A stretch of DNA of 64,000 nt from Octopus sinensis (GCF_006345805.1 NC_043011.1:13652464-13716463); one strand, 5' to 3'. Positions 39,985 through 53,910 are shown, numbered from the stretch's first letter. A program made the numbers and translations. The notes: generated from the sequence alone by a model not told the origin.

Positions 39985-40410
39985 CGCCACTCACACACAC
40001 ACACTCACAGACAGACAGACAGACAGACACACACGCGCGCGCGCGCGCACTCACAGGCATACACGTACGCACGCAACAAAGTACGCGCGCACACACGCAC
40101 GCACACACATACACACTCACTCACTCACTCACAGGCAGACACATACACACATGCACACAGTACGCACGCAAAAAAAGTACGCGCGCACACACGCACACAC
40201 ACACTCCCTCACAGACAGACACATACACACACGCACACAGTACGCACGCAAAAAAGTACACACGCACGCACGCATACACACACACACACACAGGCAGACA
40301 CACACACTCACTCACAGTCAGACACATACACACACGCACACACGTACGCACGCCAAAAAGTACGCGCGCACACACGCACGCACGAACATACACACATACA
40401 CACGCATCCC
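39985..40410. repeat. (CA)n-derived minisatellite
   Basis: gtacgcacgcaaaaaa(a)gtacgcgcgcacac recurs about 4 times. Confidence 0.8.
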
Positions 40411-41054
40411 TTTCTCTCTCCTGTACATCGCCTATTGTGTCCCTTTATTCTAATGTGACTGGTGACAAAGAGCGGCGGCAGTGCAGGCAGAGTTGACAAT
40501 ACAATAACAAAAGCAGGAATCGGGAATTTGGTAAGGGGGGAAAAAGCAGGAAAGGGAAATAAGGGAAATAAGGGAACTAAACATTGGCGGTATGGTAGAG
40601 TCGAAGTAGACTGAAGGAGAAAGACGTCCCTGTCACAAATACCCATCTCAGCCAATAAATTACAATTTTCGTTCATTTCGATTTTTCAGGGTTCTAATTT
40701 CATTTTGTTTACTCTCAATCTGATTCACAGTATGTGAGTTTATCTCTAAATGTGCCCCTGCGTGTGTGTGTGTGTGTGTGTGTGCGTGCGAGCATTAAGT
40801 TTGGCACTCCGACTGCTGTTCGTCATACATACGTCTATTTGCCGCCTACAACAAACCTTATTCTGTATTCATATCAATTCATTTTAGGAGCGAGACTTCT
40901 TTCCCGGTTCTTCCCCGGGGTGACGAAATTGAGTTTCAAGATAACACATTATTTTAAGATTCATAATATTTTTTAAAAAAAACAAGTTGACAAAAATCTT
41001 ATTTCTTCATATCCGAAATGGATATATACCTTTGCAAACAATAAAAATAATACT

Positions 41055-41278
41055 CATTTCTACTATAGGTATAAGGCCTGAAATTTGGTGGTGGTTAGGT
41101 GGTGGAGCGGAGTGGCAGTCGATTAGATCGGTCCCAGTACTTAATTGGTGCTTAAAATTTATCAACCTCGTAAGAATGAATGGCAAAAGTCGACCTCGGC
41201 GGAATTTGAACTCAGAACGTAAAGACAAACGAAATGCATTTTCTCCGGCGTGCTAACGATTCAGTCAGCTTGCCATCC
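41055..41278 (-). mobile_element. SINE family B variant
   Basis: gtcgacctcggcggaatttgaactcagaacgt. Confidence 0.75.
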
Positions 41279-41347
<69 letters not shown>

Positions 41348-41352
<5 letters not shown>

Positions 41353-41906
41353 GCCCTGATGCAGTACCAGGCAGTGGCTCTCATGGCTTCTAATCTTAAC
41401 TGATTGGAAGTGTTATCATGTACATTGTTTTGTCTTGGTATAAAAGATGGGCTACAGCAAATATTCTGCTCAATACCACAGATTTGCTTGTCAGTTGTTT
41501 GACCTTAACCAGTTGAGCATGTCCCTTAGTGGCTGACGATATGTGCATCTCTGATCACGAGCAGAAGTAGTGGGGGAGCATCATAGCCATGTGTTGAGAG
41601 GGATTCTTTGGGGTTTGAATAGTTCACCTCTGGAAACATGGGTGGTTCTTTCAACATCCTTAAACAACCCTTATTCAGGGACCGTTTGAGCGGGATGGGC
41701 TACTCAACCTGAAGAAAATTCTAACTGGGCCCCACCTGCAAGGTCATGTGCTGTTTATCTTGATATGAGATCACCATGTCGCGCACATATGGCTGTGATG
41801 CATGTGCCTGGTGTACCTTTATCAGACGGGTAGTCATGATGGGTATATTGGGCTTCGTATATTTTACCCCAGTGTCACTTTGATGGCATGAACTGCTCTC
41901 TCACTC

Positions 41907-41955
<49 letters not shown>

Positions 41956-42305
41956 TAATAATGATGATGATGATGATGATGATGATAATAATAATACATT
42001 TTATTTGATTAATTCTTTTATTATTATTAATAATAATAATAATAATGATAATAAATGCCTTGATGGAGTACCCGGCAGTGGCTCTCGTGGCTTCTGATCT
42101 TAACTGATTGGAAGTGTTATCATGTACGTTGTTTTGTCTTGATATAAAAGATAGGCTACAGCAAATATTCTGCTCAATACCACAGATTTGCTTGTCAATT
42201 GTTTGACCATGTCCCTTAGTGGCTGACGATATGTGCATCTCTGATCACCAGCAGAAGCAGTGGGGGAGCATCATAGCCAAGTGCCGAAAGGAATTCTTTG
42301 GGGGT
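41348..42305. mobile_element. Interspersed repeat embedded in (AAT)n: one longer and one partial tandem copy
   Basis: aaatgcc(c/t)tgatg...gtggctctc..ggcttct at 41348 and 42053; each copy is preceded by (AAT)n. Confidence 0.65.
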
Positions 42306-42654
42306 TTATTCTTAACGTTTTTGACAAAATTTTGTACTTTAGTGGTGGTGGCGATGATGATGATGAATGAAAATAAATTTAATAACAAATTATAAGAGTA
42401 ATTTGTCACTACCTATGTCACAACTGTGAAGGGGACCCCAACCACCGGGTGCATAGAAAGAATAACTTTATATTTTATTTGTATTTAATTGACTATTGCA
42501 TTCTGTAGTGCGTTTTTGTATTATGTGTGTGTGTGTGTGTGTGTGCGTATGTGTGTGATTGTCCCCCATCATCGCTTGACAACCGATGCTAGTGTGTTTA
42601 CGTCCCTGTCACTTAGCGGTTCGACAAAAGAGGGCGATAAAATAACTAGGCTTA

Positions 42655-42702
<48 letters not shown>

Positions 42703-42980
42703 TTATATACGTCTTTATTATTTTTTGCAATTTACTTAATCATTGGTATTTTATTGTTATTTTAATTTTAATAATTCTATTATATGCAATGGTGTAATTT
42801 AATTGTTCATTTTGAATTGATAAAAGGCGTTTTTTTTCTAATTTTATATATGAATTTTATATATATATGATTTTTGATTTTGATTTTTCCAGTTTCAGCT
42901 CATGAGCTGTGGCCATGCTGGGGCACCGCCATTTGGTTTGCTACATGATTTTACCTCACGAATGCTTTTTAGCAACTGTC

Positions 42981-43060
<80 letters not shown>

Positions 43061-43513
43061 TGGTGCAAAAAGTGTTGGGGATCATTGATTTATAGTATTA
43101 AATCTTTTAGTTCGAAGATTATTGTTCTTGGTCTGGTGTGAGAGTAGAAGCTGTCAAAATGCTAGCTGGTCAGTAACCGTTGCTGCCGCCGTCCATTCAT
43201 GGTTGTATCGTCACAGCATTCTGGTCAGCTGCTGCATCATGTTGCTGTCTTCTGTGTCCAGTTTGATGTCTCTCGTCCGCCGTCTGTTATTGCGGTTATA
43301 ACGCATGAATGTATAGCGTTGGTTTGACTCAGAAAGGAGCGCGCCGAGAATGAAATTGTTGTTGGAGAGCCGGCTCCACGCAAAGTCTTGATTGGTCAGA
43401 TTTTCTTGATGACGTAAGCAATATTCTAACGAATCCCGGGCGTATTCTTGATTTTTTTTCCGCATGGGATATTGTGATCCGGATTCGATTGCTAAATATT
43501 CTTGCTACAGACA

Positions 43514-43688
43514 GGCGCAGGAGTGGCTGTGTGGTAAGTAGCTTGCTAACCAACCACATGGTTCCGGGTTCAGTCCCACTGCGTGGCATCTTGGGCAAGT
43601 GTCTTCTGCTATAGCCCCAGGCCGACCAATGCCTTGTGAGTGGATTTGGTAGACGGAAACTGAAAGAAGCCTGTCGTATATATGTATG

Positions 43689-43773
<85 letters not shown>

Positions 43774-43984
43774 TTGTGTGTCTGTGTTTGTCCCCCTAGC
43801 ATTGCTTGACAACCGATGCTGGTGTGTTTACGTCCCGGTCACTTAGCGGTTCGTCAAAAGAAACCGATAGAACAAGTACTGTGCTTACAAAGAACAAGTC
43901 CCGGGGTCGATTTGCTCGACTAAAAGGCGGTGCTCCAGCATGGTCGCAGTCAAATGACTGAAACAAGTAAAAGAGTAAAAGAGT
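43514..43984 (+). mobile_element. SINE family A, full length
   Basis: Complete head, (TA)n(TG)n core and (gtaaaaga)n tail. Confidence 0.9.
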
Positions 43985-44342
43985 ATATAAAAATTAAGGA
44001 GCGAAAAAGAAAGAAATCAGACATAACCAAGCAATGCTAACCTATTGTGTTCCTGTTAAACTAAACCACTTTAGTTGCAAGCGTATGTTGAAGGCAGTAA
44101 AAGTTTGTAAATTCTTATTCGAAACAGAAGAATAATTTCTTTGAAGAGCAAGAATGGATTTTTCTGATAAGAGTTGTGTTTCTTTCTATCTCGCCAAGAC
44201 CGGAAAAAAAATAATAAATGTCAACATTTTGGGTACAAGTAGATAGTGTAGATCAGAAGTTTGCTACGCGAACATGTCATTAGATGCTTTCTACTATAGC
44301 CCAGAATAAATGAAATTTGATAAACCGTGCGTAAACCTGTCA

Positions 44343-44375
<33 letters not shown>

Positions 44376-45329
44376 GCTTGCATGGGTGCGTACGTACATG
44401 TGTGTGTATGTGTTATACTTGTACATCGATGTAAAACTAAGTGAGAAAACTTGGAAAAAACAGGCGATTTCCAAAATGAAGTTCCTTGCAATATTTGTTC
44501 TGCATCGACTTACAGATACTCCGCGATTTCTCTCGCCATTGAAAACGCAACGAACCAGTGACTGTCCTGTTGGAAATTTGTAACCAATGATACTGTTTTC
44601 CACCAATTCTGATATAAAGTAAATAACTCGAGCTGCTTCTAGTATCCTTAATCCTTTTGCTTTAATTAAAGCAAAAGTGGGGATCTATGCAATTTCGCTC
44701 AACTTGCAAAAAATACCAGCCAAACCTCCCTCAAATCACACTCTGTCTTCTTAAAAGGAAACGATATGGTCGGTTTGGGTTCTCAAGAAAAGGACAGTAT
44801 GGTCGTGGCTGGAATGCCTTTATTCATTCATAGGTCTGCTCGATAAACAACACCTTTTGTTTTGTCAAAAGGAATCGTCTAGAAATATGGAAGCGTTCGT
44901 TATATAATATCCCTTTGCGGTATCATCCATGATGGACGATGGGTTGGCAGAGTCGTTACAGCATCGAACAAAATCCATTGCAGCATTTGACTCTTGGCAT
45001 TCTGAGTTCAAATCCTACCGAAATCAACTTTGTCTTGCATCGACCTCTGAGAACGAGTATCTCAAGTCATTTAGAATAATTCAATTAGGGTAAGGTGAAT
45101 TGGAAGCCGTACAGCTGTTTCTGAGATAACCCAAGTGGCTGGTTAGCATATCTGTGCATTGAGTATTCCGTCAGAGAAAATGTGCGTGTGTGTATGTACA
45201 TGATGGACTCTCCCATCGTTAGACTACGTATAAGGGTTCGAAAATTTCTTACAGAGCAAACACACAGATGATTTGTTTGTAGTGATCAAATGCTTGTGTG
45301 GACATAAGCTCACTCCCTCCATCAGATCG

Positions 45330-45826
45330 ACATTACCTGTGCAGGCCATGACAACACACAAACTCATCAAATGCAAAAAAAAAAACAAGACAAAGCTTTA
45401 CAAAACAACCACGAAACCAACGGTTGAAAAATGTGGACGCCCAAACTGTGGAACCTGCCCCAACCTACTTGAAGGCTTGGATTTCCTTTTCAAACAAGGA
45501 CAGAGGTTCACAATTAAAACTAGTTTCACTTGTGCCTCTGAGAACCTAATTTATGTAATAACCTGCTCGGGTTGCGGACACAACTATATTGGACAAATGA
45601 GTAAGACCTTGAGAAAGAGAACCACTCTACATAAAGAGCAAATCCATTTCCCGCAATACAGGCAAATTCCTGTCAGTGAACATATAGAAAAATGTGCAGA
45701 TAACATCAAACCAAATCACAGTCTTCCCCTTCTATCCGTGCAAAAATACAATATATCCACATGAACGTTTAAACAAAGAAACTTTTTTCATTGAAAAATA
45801 CAGAACACGTCTTAATATGCACACAT
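45330..45826 (+). pseudogene. Penelope-like element GIY-YIG endonuclease fragment (Neptune-like)
   Basis: CGRPNCGTC zinc motif, then FTCASENLIYVITCSGCGHNYIGQ...LRKRTTLH...PVSEH; frameshift near 45720. Confidence 0.85.
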
Positions 45827-46201
45827 AACCAACTTTTATTTTTTACATATTTCAATTCACGATTGCATCACTGTACATAAATCCCCTCACTAAACAAGGT
45901 TTTCAAAACTTGTTTTTGTCTGTACATATATATTCCCCTCCCATTACCGGAAGCTGAACAGTTATCTCCATTACCCACAACAATAACAATAATAACGATA
46001 ACTAATTAATTCCCCTTATTTATCTACTTGTGGAGTCATTCACTCGTAAATTTCATCACACAAAACATGGACAAAATTTCTTCAAAATTTCATATTTAAA
46101 TAAGTAAAACATAATATCATAAATAGCGATAGCGAAACTGGTCGAAATATTAAAAATTATATCAAAACTATGTAAGTGTGCGTATTTTCCTTTTTTAATT
46201 T

Positions 46202-47574
<1,373 letters not shown>

Positions 47575-48279
47575 TATATATATGTATATATATATATATA
47601 TATTATATAATATATATATATTATATATAATATATATATATATAATATATATATATATTATATATATATATATATAATCAGCCGAAATTACTACGATGAT
47701 CCGGTTCTTGACTGAAGACTGAGGGGTTCGAATGTCCTGTCCATGTTTATTGTATCGTCTTCTAAGAGTTATACGTTCTTGTCCATGTTGTATTTTTCTA
47801 ATGTTGTATTTTTCTAATATATATATATATATATTATATATATATATATAGTGACGCATATTTGCCATTTAAATATGGCTAACCCCTAAGGGTGGATGCT
47901 ACTGTAGTTTGTAGCCCCAGGAAGATACCTCCTCCAGCTGGCTATAGACACACTTTCTGTGCCCTATCAGTATTTGTGAAGGGAAGTCATCCTTCCCGTC
48001 TTCAACTTATGATACACACGGACTCGAGTTTCAAGATACCTCCTTCCAGCTGGAGGAGGTATCTTCCTGGGGCTACAAACTACAGTAGCATCCACCCTTA
48101 GGGGTTAGCCATATTCAAATGGCAAATATGCGTCACGATGTGTTAACGCTACTGTTTATAACTTGCTCTGAGATTTATCATTGTTTGATTTCACTTTTTC
48201 AATATCAGTGTCAATCGACACTGGAAAAAGTATATGTATTTGTGAGGGAAACTGAATTCTCGTCGACAACTATGATTGT

Positions 48280-48324
48280 CACACGCCGATGATAGGTAAA
48301 TACCTTGAAACTCGAGTCCGTGTG
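48280..48324 (+). ncRNA. Hammerhead motif with a U4C core substitution (probably impaired)
   Basis: cacacg-CCGATGA-taggtaaatacctt-GAAAC-tcga-GTC-cgtgtg. Confidence 0.65.
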
Positions 48325-48537
48325 TATCATAAGTTGAAGACGGGAAGGATGACTTCCCTTCACAAATACTGATAGGGCACAGAAAGTGTGTCTATAGCCA
48401 GCTGGAGGAGGTATCTTCCTGGGGCTACAAACTACAGTAGCATCCACCCTTAGGGGTTAGCCATATTCAAATGGCAAATATGCGTCACGATGTGTTACCG
48501 CTACTGTTTATAACTCGCTCTGAGATTTATCATTGTG

Positions 48538-48570
<33 letters not shown>

Positions 48571-48574
48571 ATAT

Positions 48575-48606
<32 letters not shown>

Positions 48607-48740
48607 AATCAGCCGAAATTACTACGATGATCCGGTTCTTGACTGAAGACTGAGGGGTTCGAATGTCCTGTCCATGTTTATTGTATCGTCTTCTAAGAGT
48701 TATACGTTCTTGTCCATGTTGTATTTTTCTAATGTTGTAT

Positions 48741-48784
<44 letters not shown>

Positions 48785-49208
48785 CGCATATTGCCATTTA
48801 AATATGGCTAACCCCTAAGGGTGGATGCTACTGTAGTTTGTAGCCCCAGGAAGATACCTCCTCCAGCTGGCTATAGACACACTTTCTGTGCCCTATCAGT
48901 ATTTGTGAAGGGAAGTCATCCTTCCCGTCTTCAACTTATGATACACACGGACTCGAGTTTCAAGATACCTCCTTCCAGCTGGAGGAGGTATCTTCCTGGG
49001 GCTACAAACTACAGTAGCATCCACCCTTAGGGGTTAGCCATATTCAAATGGCAAATATGCGTCACGATGTGTTACCGCTACTGTTTATAACTCGCTCTGA
49101 GATTTATCATTGTTTGATTTCACTTTTTCAATATCAGTGTCAATCGACACTGGAAAAAGTATATGTATTTGCGAGGGAAACTGAATTCTCGTCGACAACT
49201 ATGATTGT

Positions 49209-49253
49209 CACACGCTGATGATAGGTAAATACCTTGAAACTCGAGTCCGTGTG
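49209..49253 (+). ncRNA. Minimal type I hammerhead ribozyme
   Basis: Stem I cacacg/cgtgtg; CUGAUGA at 49215-49221; stem II aggt/acct; GAAAC at 49236-49240; palindromic stem III actcgagt; GUC cleavage after 49247. Confidence 0.85.
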
Positions 49254-49463
49254 TATCATAAGTTGAAGACGGGAAGGATGACTTCCCTTCACAAATACTG
49301 ATAGGGCACAGAAAGTGTGTCTATAGCCAGCTGGAGGAGGTATCTTCCTGGGGCTACAAACTACAGTAGCATCCACCCTTAGGGGTTAGCCATATTCAAA
49401 TGGCAAATATGCGTCACGATGTGTTACCGCTACTGTTTATAACTCGCTCTGAGATTTATCATT

Positions 49464-49517
<54 letters not shown>

Positions 49518-49534
49518 AATATATATATATATAA

Positions 49535-49790
49535 ATGACATTGTAGATTTCATTGAACATAGCGCCATTAAAATATTTGCTGATGACTCTAAGCTCCAGA
49601 AAGTCATTAAGGGAACATATGATCGAACTATGGTTCAATCGGACCTATGCACAGTAACCAAGTGGGCACAAAATAAAAAAAAAAAACATGCAGTTGGAGG
49701 AGGAAAAATGTGAGCTCATCCACTTTGGAAAAGAGGCCACACTCAACTATATACACTACCGTCGGGAGACCTATTTGAACCGGCACCAAT
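49535..49790 (+). pseudogene. CR1/Jockey-group RT fragment
   Basis: NDIVDFIEHSAIKIFADDSKL...QSDL...KW...KCELIHFG. Confidence 0.8.
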
Positions 49791-51934
49791 GATAAATAAT
49801 CCAGTTGAAATATAACGGGTTTAATTTCTTAGAAATGAACCCGTCTACGGGTGACGTCAGCTGACAAACGACATCGAAGTTCTACAGCCAAACACCAGTT
49901 AACAATAAATTTTTATGTAAGTTTTGCAACTGTTTCTTACACTACATTGTGCATTTCTTGTATTTGCATTCTTTGGTACTGTTCTATGAACAAATACCAC
50001 TGTTGTAGGATAATACAGAATGCTGTGACTTTTACCTGAGAATGTACCTTAAGAATGTGAAAATATAAAACAAAGCTATGTAGGTCCATAGGCCGAATTA
50101 TGGCCAAATCGACTTACGACCAGTCAGTTGGAACCAATTGTGGTCGTAAGTCGACGACGACCTGTGTATGTGTGTGTGTGTGTCTGTGCTGTGTTTGTCC
50201 CCACCACCACTTGACAGGTGGTATTGGCTACGTAACCCCAGACGAAGTCTGTTCGTCCAAATATTTGGCGGCATCATAAATCATCTGTCTCTTCTTCACT
50301 TCGCTTCTTCGTCAGTGATTCCCACACGTTTTCTTCTTGGAACCAACTCCTTTGTCATCCTTACCTGTGTTTCCTTCATTCAGTTGTGGATAAAACAATT
50401 TTTTGAGACACCGATGGTCCAGTAGTAAGTAGCACGACATACCTAGCCAGCACACACACACACACCTTTGAGAAAGGACTCATTTCTAACGAACCAAGAT
50501 GGAGGCCTTAGACTTGTTAGAAATAGCAGTCAAATTTGCCTCAAATTAGATCCTACTGTTTTAAAACACGGAAACAACACAGAACAATGTGGTCTTGGAT
50601 TCCGGGATATACCATGACTGAATTAAAGGTGGTCGGTTAACGGATGGCACGACTTTTATGATGGTTAATCATGGTTCTGTTTCATCTCAGGACTACCCTG
50701 CGCCTAAATAACAACGATAACAACAACAACAACCTCACGATCAGCACAGCGGCCGGCACCACTACGACCACTGTCACCACCACCAACACCACTACCACCA
50801 CTACCAACAACAACAACAGCGTCAGCGACAACAGAATATTCCGTATAAACTGAGACCTTTGAAAAATTACTGTTATTGTCTCTGACTTGATATAACAAAT
50901 TATTGACGACCTTTGAACAGTTTTTAAAGCGTTTAGTGATTTACCATTAAAAACTGTTTGGTGACAACCCTTAAAATAACTGACGACATACCATTGTTAA
51001 TGACTCACTGACACACACAGTGATTGATTATTTATTAATGACGTCATTTATAGTTAATGGTTCAGCTAATCAACTGATTTGGTTTGTTTTGGAAAAAATA
51101 CTCAAATGTTATACGCCACCGAGGCATTCGATTATTATTTTATGCGTTGACAATACGTAGAAAAACATCGTTTCTTATCGTTTGTTAAAATTTTGTAAGC
51201 TTTACAAATATAGAAACATTAATATTTTCTGTTTTGATTTCATTGAAAATATGAAAGAAAATTAATTATTGTTTCATTTCGCTTTCTTCGTTTTTTTTTA
51301 GTCTGTTATTTTTTCCTTTTTTTTTTAAATTGTTTTTTTTAGCATATATATTATGGAAAACCCAGGGCGGGGAAATACTCACAGAGCGACGACGGCCTCA
51401 AGTTATGAATAGAAGTTAATTAGAGAAACTTCTATTTTTATTCATAGTCATCGATTGTGCACCGCAAAAGTTTTATCTGCTTCTCTGTTGATGCTTCAGT
51501 GTCACGTGTTTCACACTCGTTTTTTCGCTAAATAAAGCACTCTACAATAAAGGAGAAAGCTCTTCAAAAGTAATAATTACCTGTGTACGTACGGCGAAGA
51601 AAACAATGTAGGATTGTTATTTAATGTTTTGGTCAAGTTTTTATTGTTTTTGTTTGGTTCTGTATCGTATACTGCGGCAGCAGAATCCAAACTTTTCCAA
51701 CACGTGCTTCAAGTGGAAATCGATGAAACCAGACGTGAACTGAGCGGATATTGACTATAAATACTAGAACTGATATACGTTAAATGTCTAAGGAGCTGCG
51801 AATGTTCAATGAACAAGAGAATTTATTAATGCACAATTTAATTCTGATTAGGCCTTTCTTTCAACGTGCACTCAATTGTATAAACATAAGCATCAAACTT
51901 AGCAAAGCAAAAAAAAAAAAAGGATGTATAATAA

Positions 51935-52130
51935 TATTAGTTTCAAATTTTAGCACAAGGCCAGTAATTTCGAGGGAGCGGTAAGTTGGCACTTATTTTA
52001 TCAATCCCGAAAGGATGAAAGGCAAAGTTGACCTCGGCAGCATTTGAACTCAGAACGTAAAGACGGACAAAATGCCGCGCCGCTAAACACTTTGCCGGTG
52101 CGCTAACGATTCTGCCAGCTCACCACCGCC
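51935..52130 (-). mobile_element. SINE family B variant
   Basis: cccgaaaggatgaaaggcaaagttgacctcggc. Confidence 0.75.
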
Positions 52131-52134
52131 AGCT

Positions 52135-53285
52135 CAAACCCTCCGACTCAACACCGGCGACTCAACACCGTCGACTCAACACCTTCGACTCAACACCGTC
52201 CACTCAACGCCCGGACGACTCAACACCAAGACAACTAAACACCAGAAAAATTGATTAATAAATACTTTATTCGTTTTATAACTTTATCAGAAATTTATAA
52301 AAAAGATTAATCTTAATACATGGCTTGAATAAAACAAAAAAGCGGAACTTTTAAAAATCAAATAAAAGTAATTCATAAAGGATATAATTATGTGTGTGTA
52401 TGTGTGTGTGTGTGTGTGTGTACGCGCGCGCGTGCGTTCCGGGACAAAGGTTTGTTTGCTTTACGTTCGGCCCCAGCTTCTTTAATTTAGCAGTTTGTTG
52501 CAATAATTTATTGGTCATAACGGCCTGGAAGCACTCCGTCGGTTACGACGACGAGGGTTTCGGTTTATCCGATCAACGGAACAGCCTGCTCGTGAAATTA
52601 ACTCCACAGACACGTGTACCCTTAACGTAGTTCTCGGGGATATTCAGCGTGACACAGAGAGTGACAAGGCCGGCCCTTTGAAATACAGGTACAACAGAAA
52701 CAGGAAGAAAGAGTGAGAGAAAGTTGTGGTGAAAGAGTACAGCAGGGATCACCACCATCCCCTGCCGGAGCCTCGTGGAGCTTTAGGTATTTTCGCTCAA
52801 TAAACACTCACAACGCCCGGTCTGGGAATCGAAACCGCGAGTCCGCTGCCCTAACCACTGGGCCATTGCGCCTCCAATCATAACGGCCTATTTAACTTGT
52901 GTCGAAGGTATTTAGATTGCTCTAAACCATTCAAAGAAGGAATACCAAGAATTCATATTTTTCTACCGATGTTGGCAGTCACAGCTCTTGAGGTCGAAAT
53001 TAAACTGAATAAGTTTATGAAGACAGATGATAGAATTCTGCATATTGTTTCCTCTTTTTCAGAACGATCTCCCACAAACTATTTGAAGGGAATTGCATAC
53101 AGCATTCAGTAAATTTCTCATTTAAATTTTAGCCTAGTATTAAAAATGTATAGTTTTTCAATCACTTTTATTCGAATTTTTTTAATTTATGTCATGTATT
53201 AAATTAATCTTTTATAAATACCGAATAATGTGATAAAACGAATAAATTATTTATTAATCAATATTCCTGATGTTGAGTTGTCCTG
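52135..53285 (+). mobile_element. Mutator/foldback-like relic with long TIRs and 14-bp subterminal tandem repeats
   Basis: 52229-52330 is inverted at ~53185-53283; (gactcaacaccNNN)n at 52145-52245; internal RILHIVSSFSERSPTNYLKGIAYSIQ* resembles MULE transposase C-termini. Confidence 0.65.
52527..52877 (-). mobile_element. tRNA-derived SINE family D with 12-bp TSD
   Basis: TSD tcataacggcct at 52515-52526 and 52878-52889. Confidence 0.88.
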
Positions 53286-53649
53286 CATTCCCTTAAAGCA
53301 TCTAAATAAATTTCTAAATGAATATATTATATCAGATTTGAGAATGCCAGACCGTATTGGATTTGTTGCTGCTTAACTCCTGATGTGACCGAAGCGAAAA
53401 GCAATCTATCCGTGACCACCTCATCTATTCAAATATAGGTTATTTCGGAGGACATTATCCAACATGAGAGTCCAATTTGACGATCACGTAGGGGTCCTTT
53501 TACTGGCTCACAACATTGGATATATTTTTTCTGAAGGTAACTAGAGAAAATGAAAATATTAAAGATCTACCAGTGTCCGAAGTTTGAAAGTGTTTAGTTA
53601 CAAAAAAACTATTTTCTAAATCTGCCGGTCAAAAGGTAAAGATCCCAGC

Positions 53650-53910
53650 CATCGAGTGGCGTCACACCCCTTCTCCATTGCCTCAAAAATTCAAACGTCA
53701 GCGATCAACAAAGAAAATCGTTGTTACTGCTTCGGTGGGGACCACAAGTGTCCTTCTCCGTGATTTTCTGAAACGTGGCTTTACCGCGAAGAATGAGCAA
53801 TACATTGAAATACTCAAAAAGCTTAAAGAAGCCATCAAACAAGAAACTAAACAAAAATCTTAAAACGATCCACATTTACAATGAGAATGTGTGGCCACAA
53901 ACATCCTTGT
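53650..53910 (+). pseudogene. mariner transposase fragment
   Basis: KFKRQRSTKKIVVTA...DFLKRG...EQYIEILKKLKEAIK. Confidence 0.7.

Larger units (their letters stand above)
47676..49465. repeat. Tandem duplication (period ~929 bp) of a composite fold-back, hammerhead-bearing element
   Basis: Units 47676-48536 and 48607-49465 are near-identical and separated by (TA)n; each has a 185-bp inverted arm and a 352-bp-period direct repeat. Confidence 0.92.

Noticed and set aside
43140-43510. Possible host exon (also 17350-17745 and 28343-28660)
   Set aside because: No recognisable protein motif or convincing splice-site pair; cannot be supported without a homology search.
47892-49376. Four copies of the MDATVVCSPRK ORF
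   Set aside because: A by-product of the inverted and tandem repeats; starts at GTG and has no recognisable domain.
50671-50853. Thr/Asn- or His/Gln-rich coding exon
   Set aside because: A degenerate (CAA/CAC)n trinucleotide repeat with no other coding evidence.
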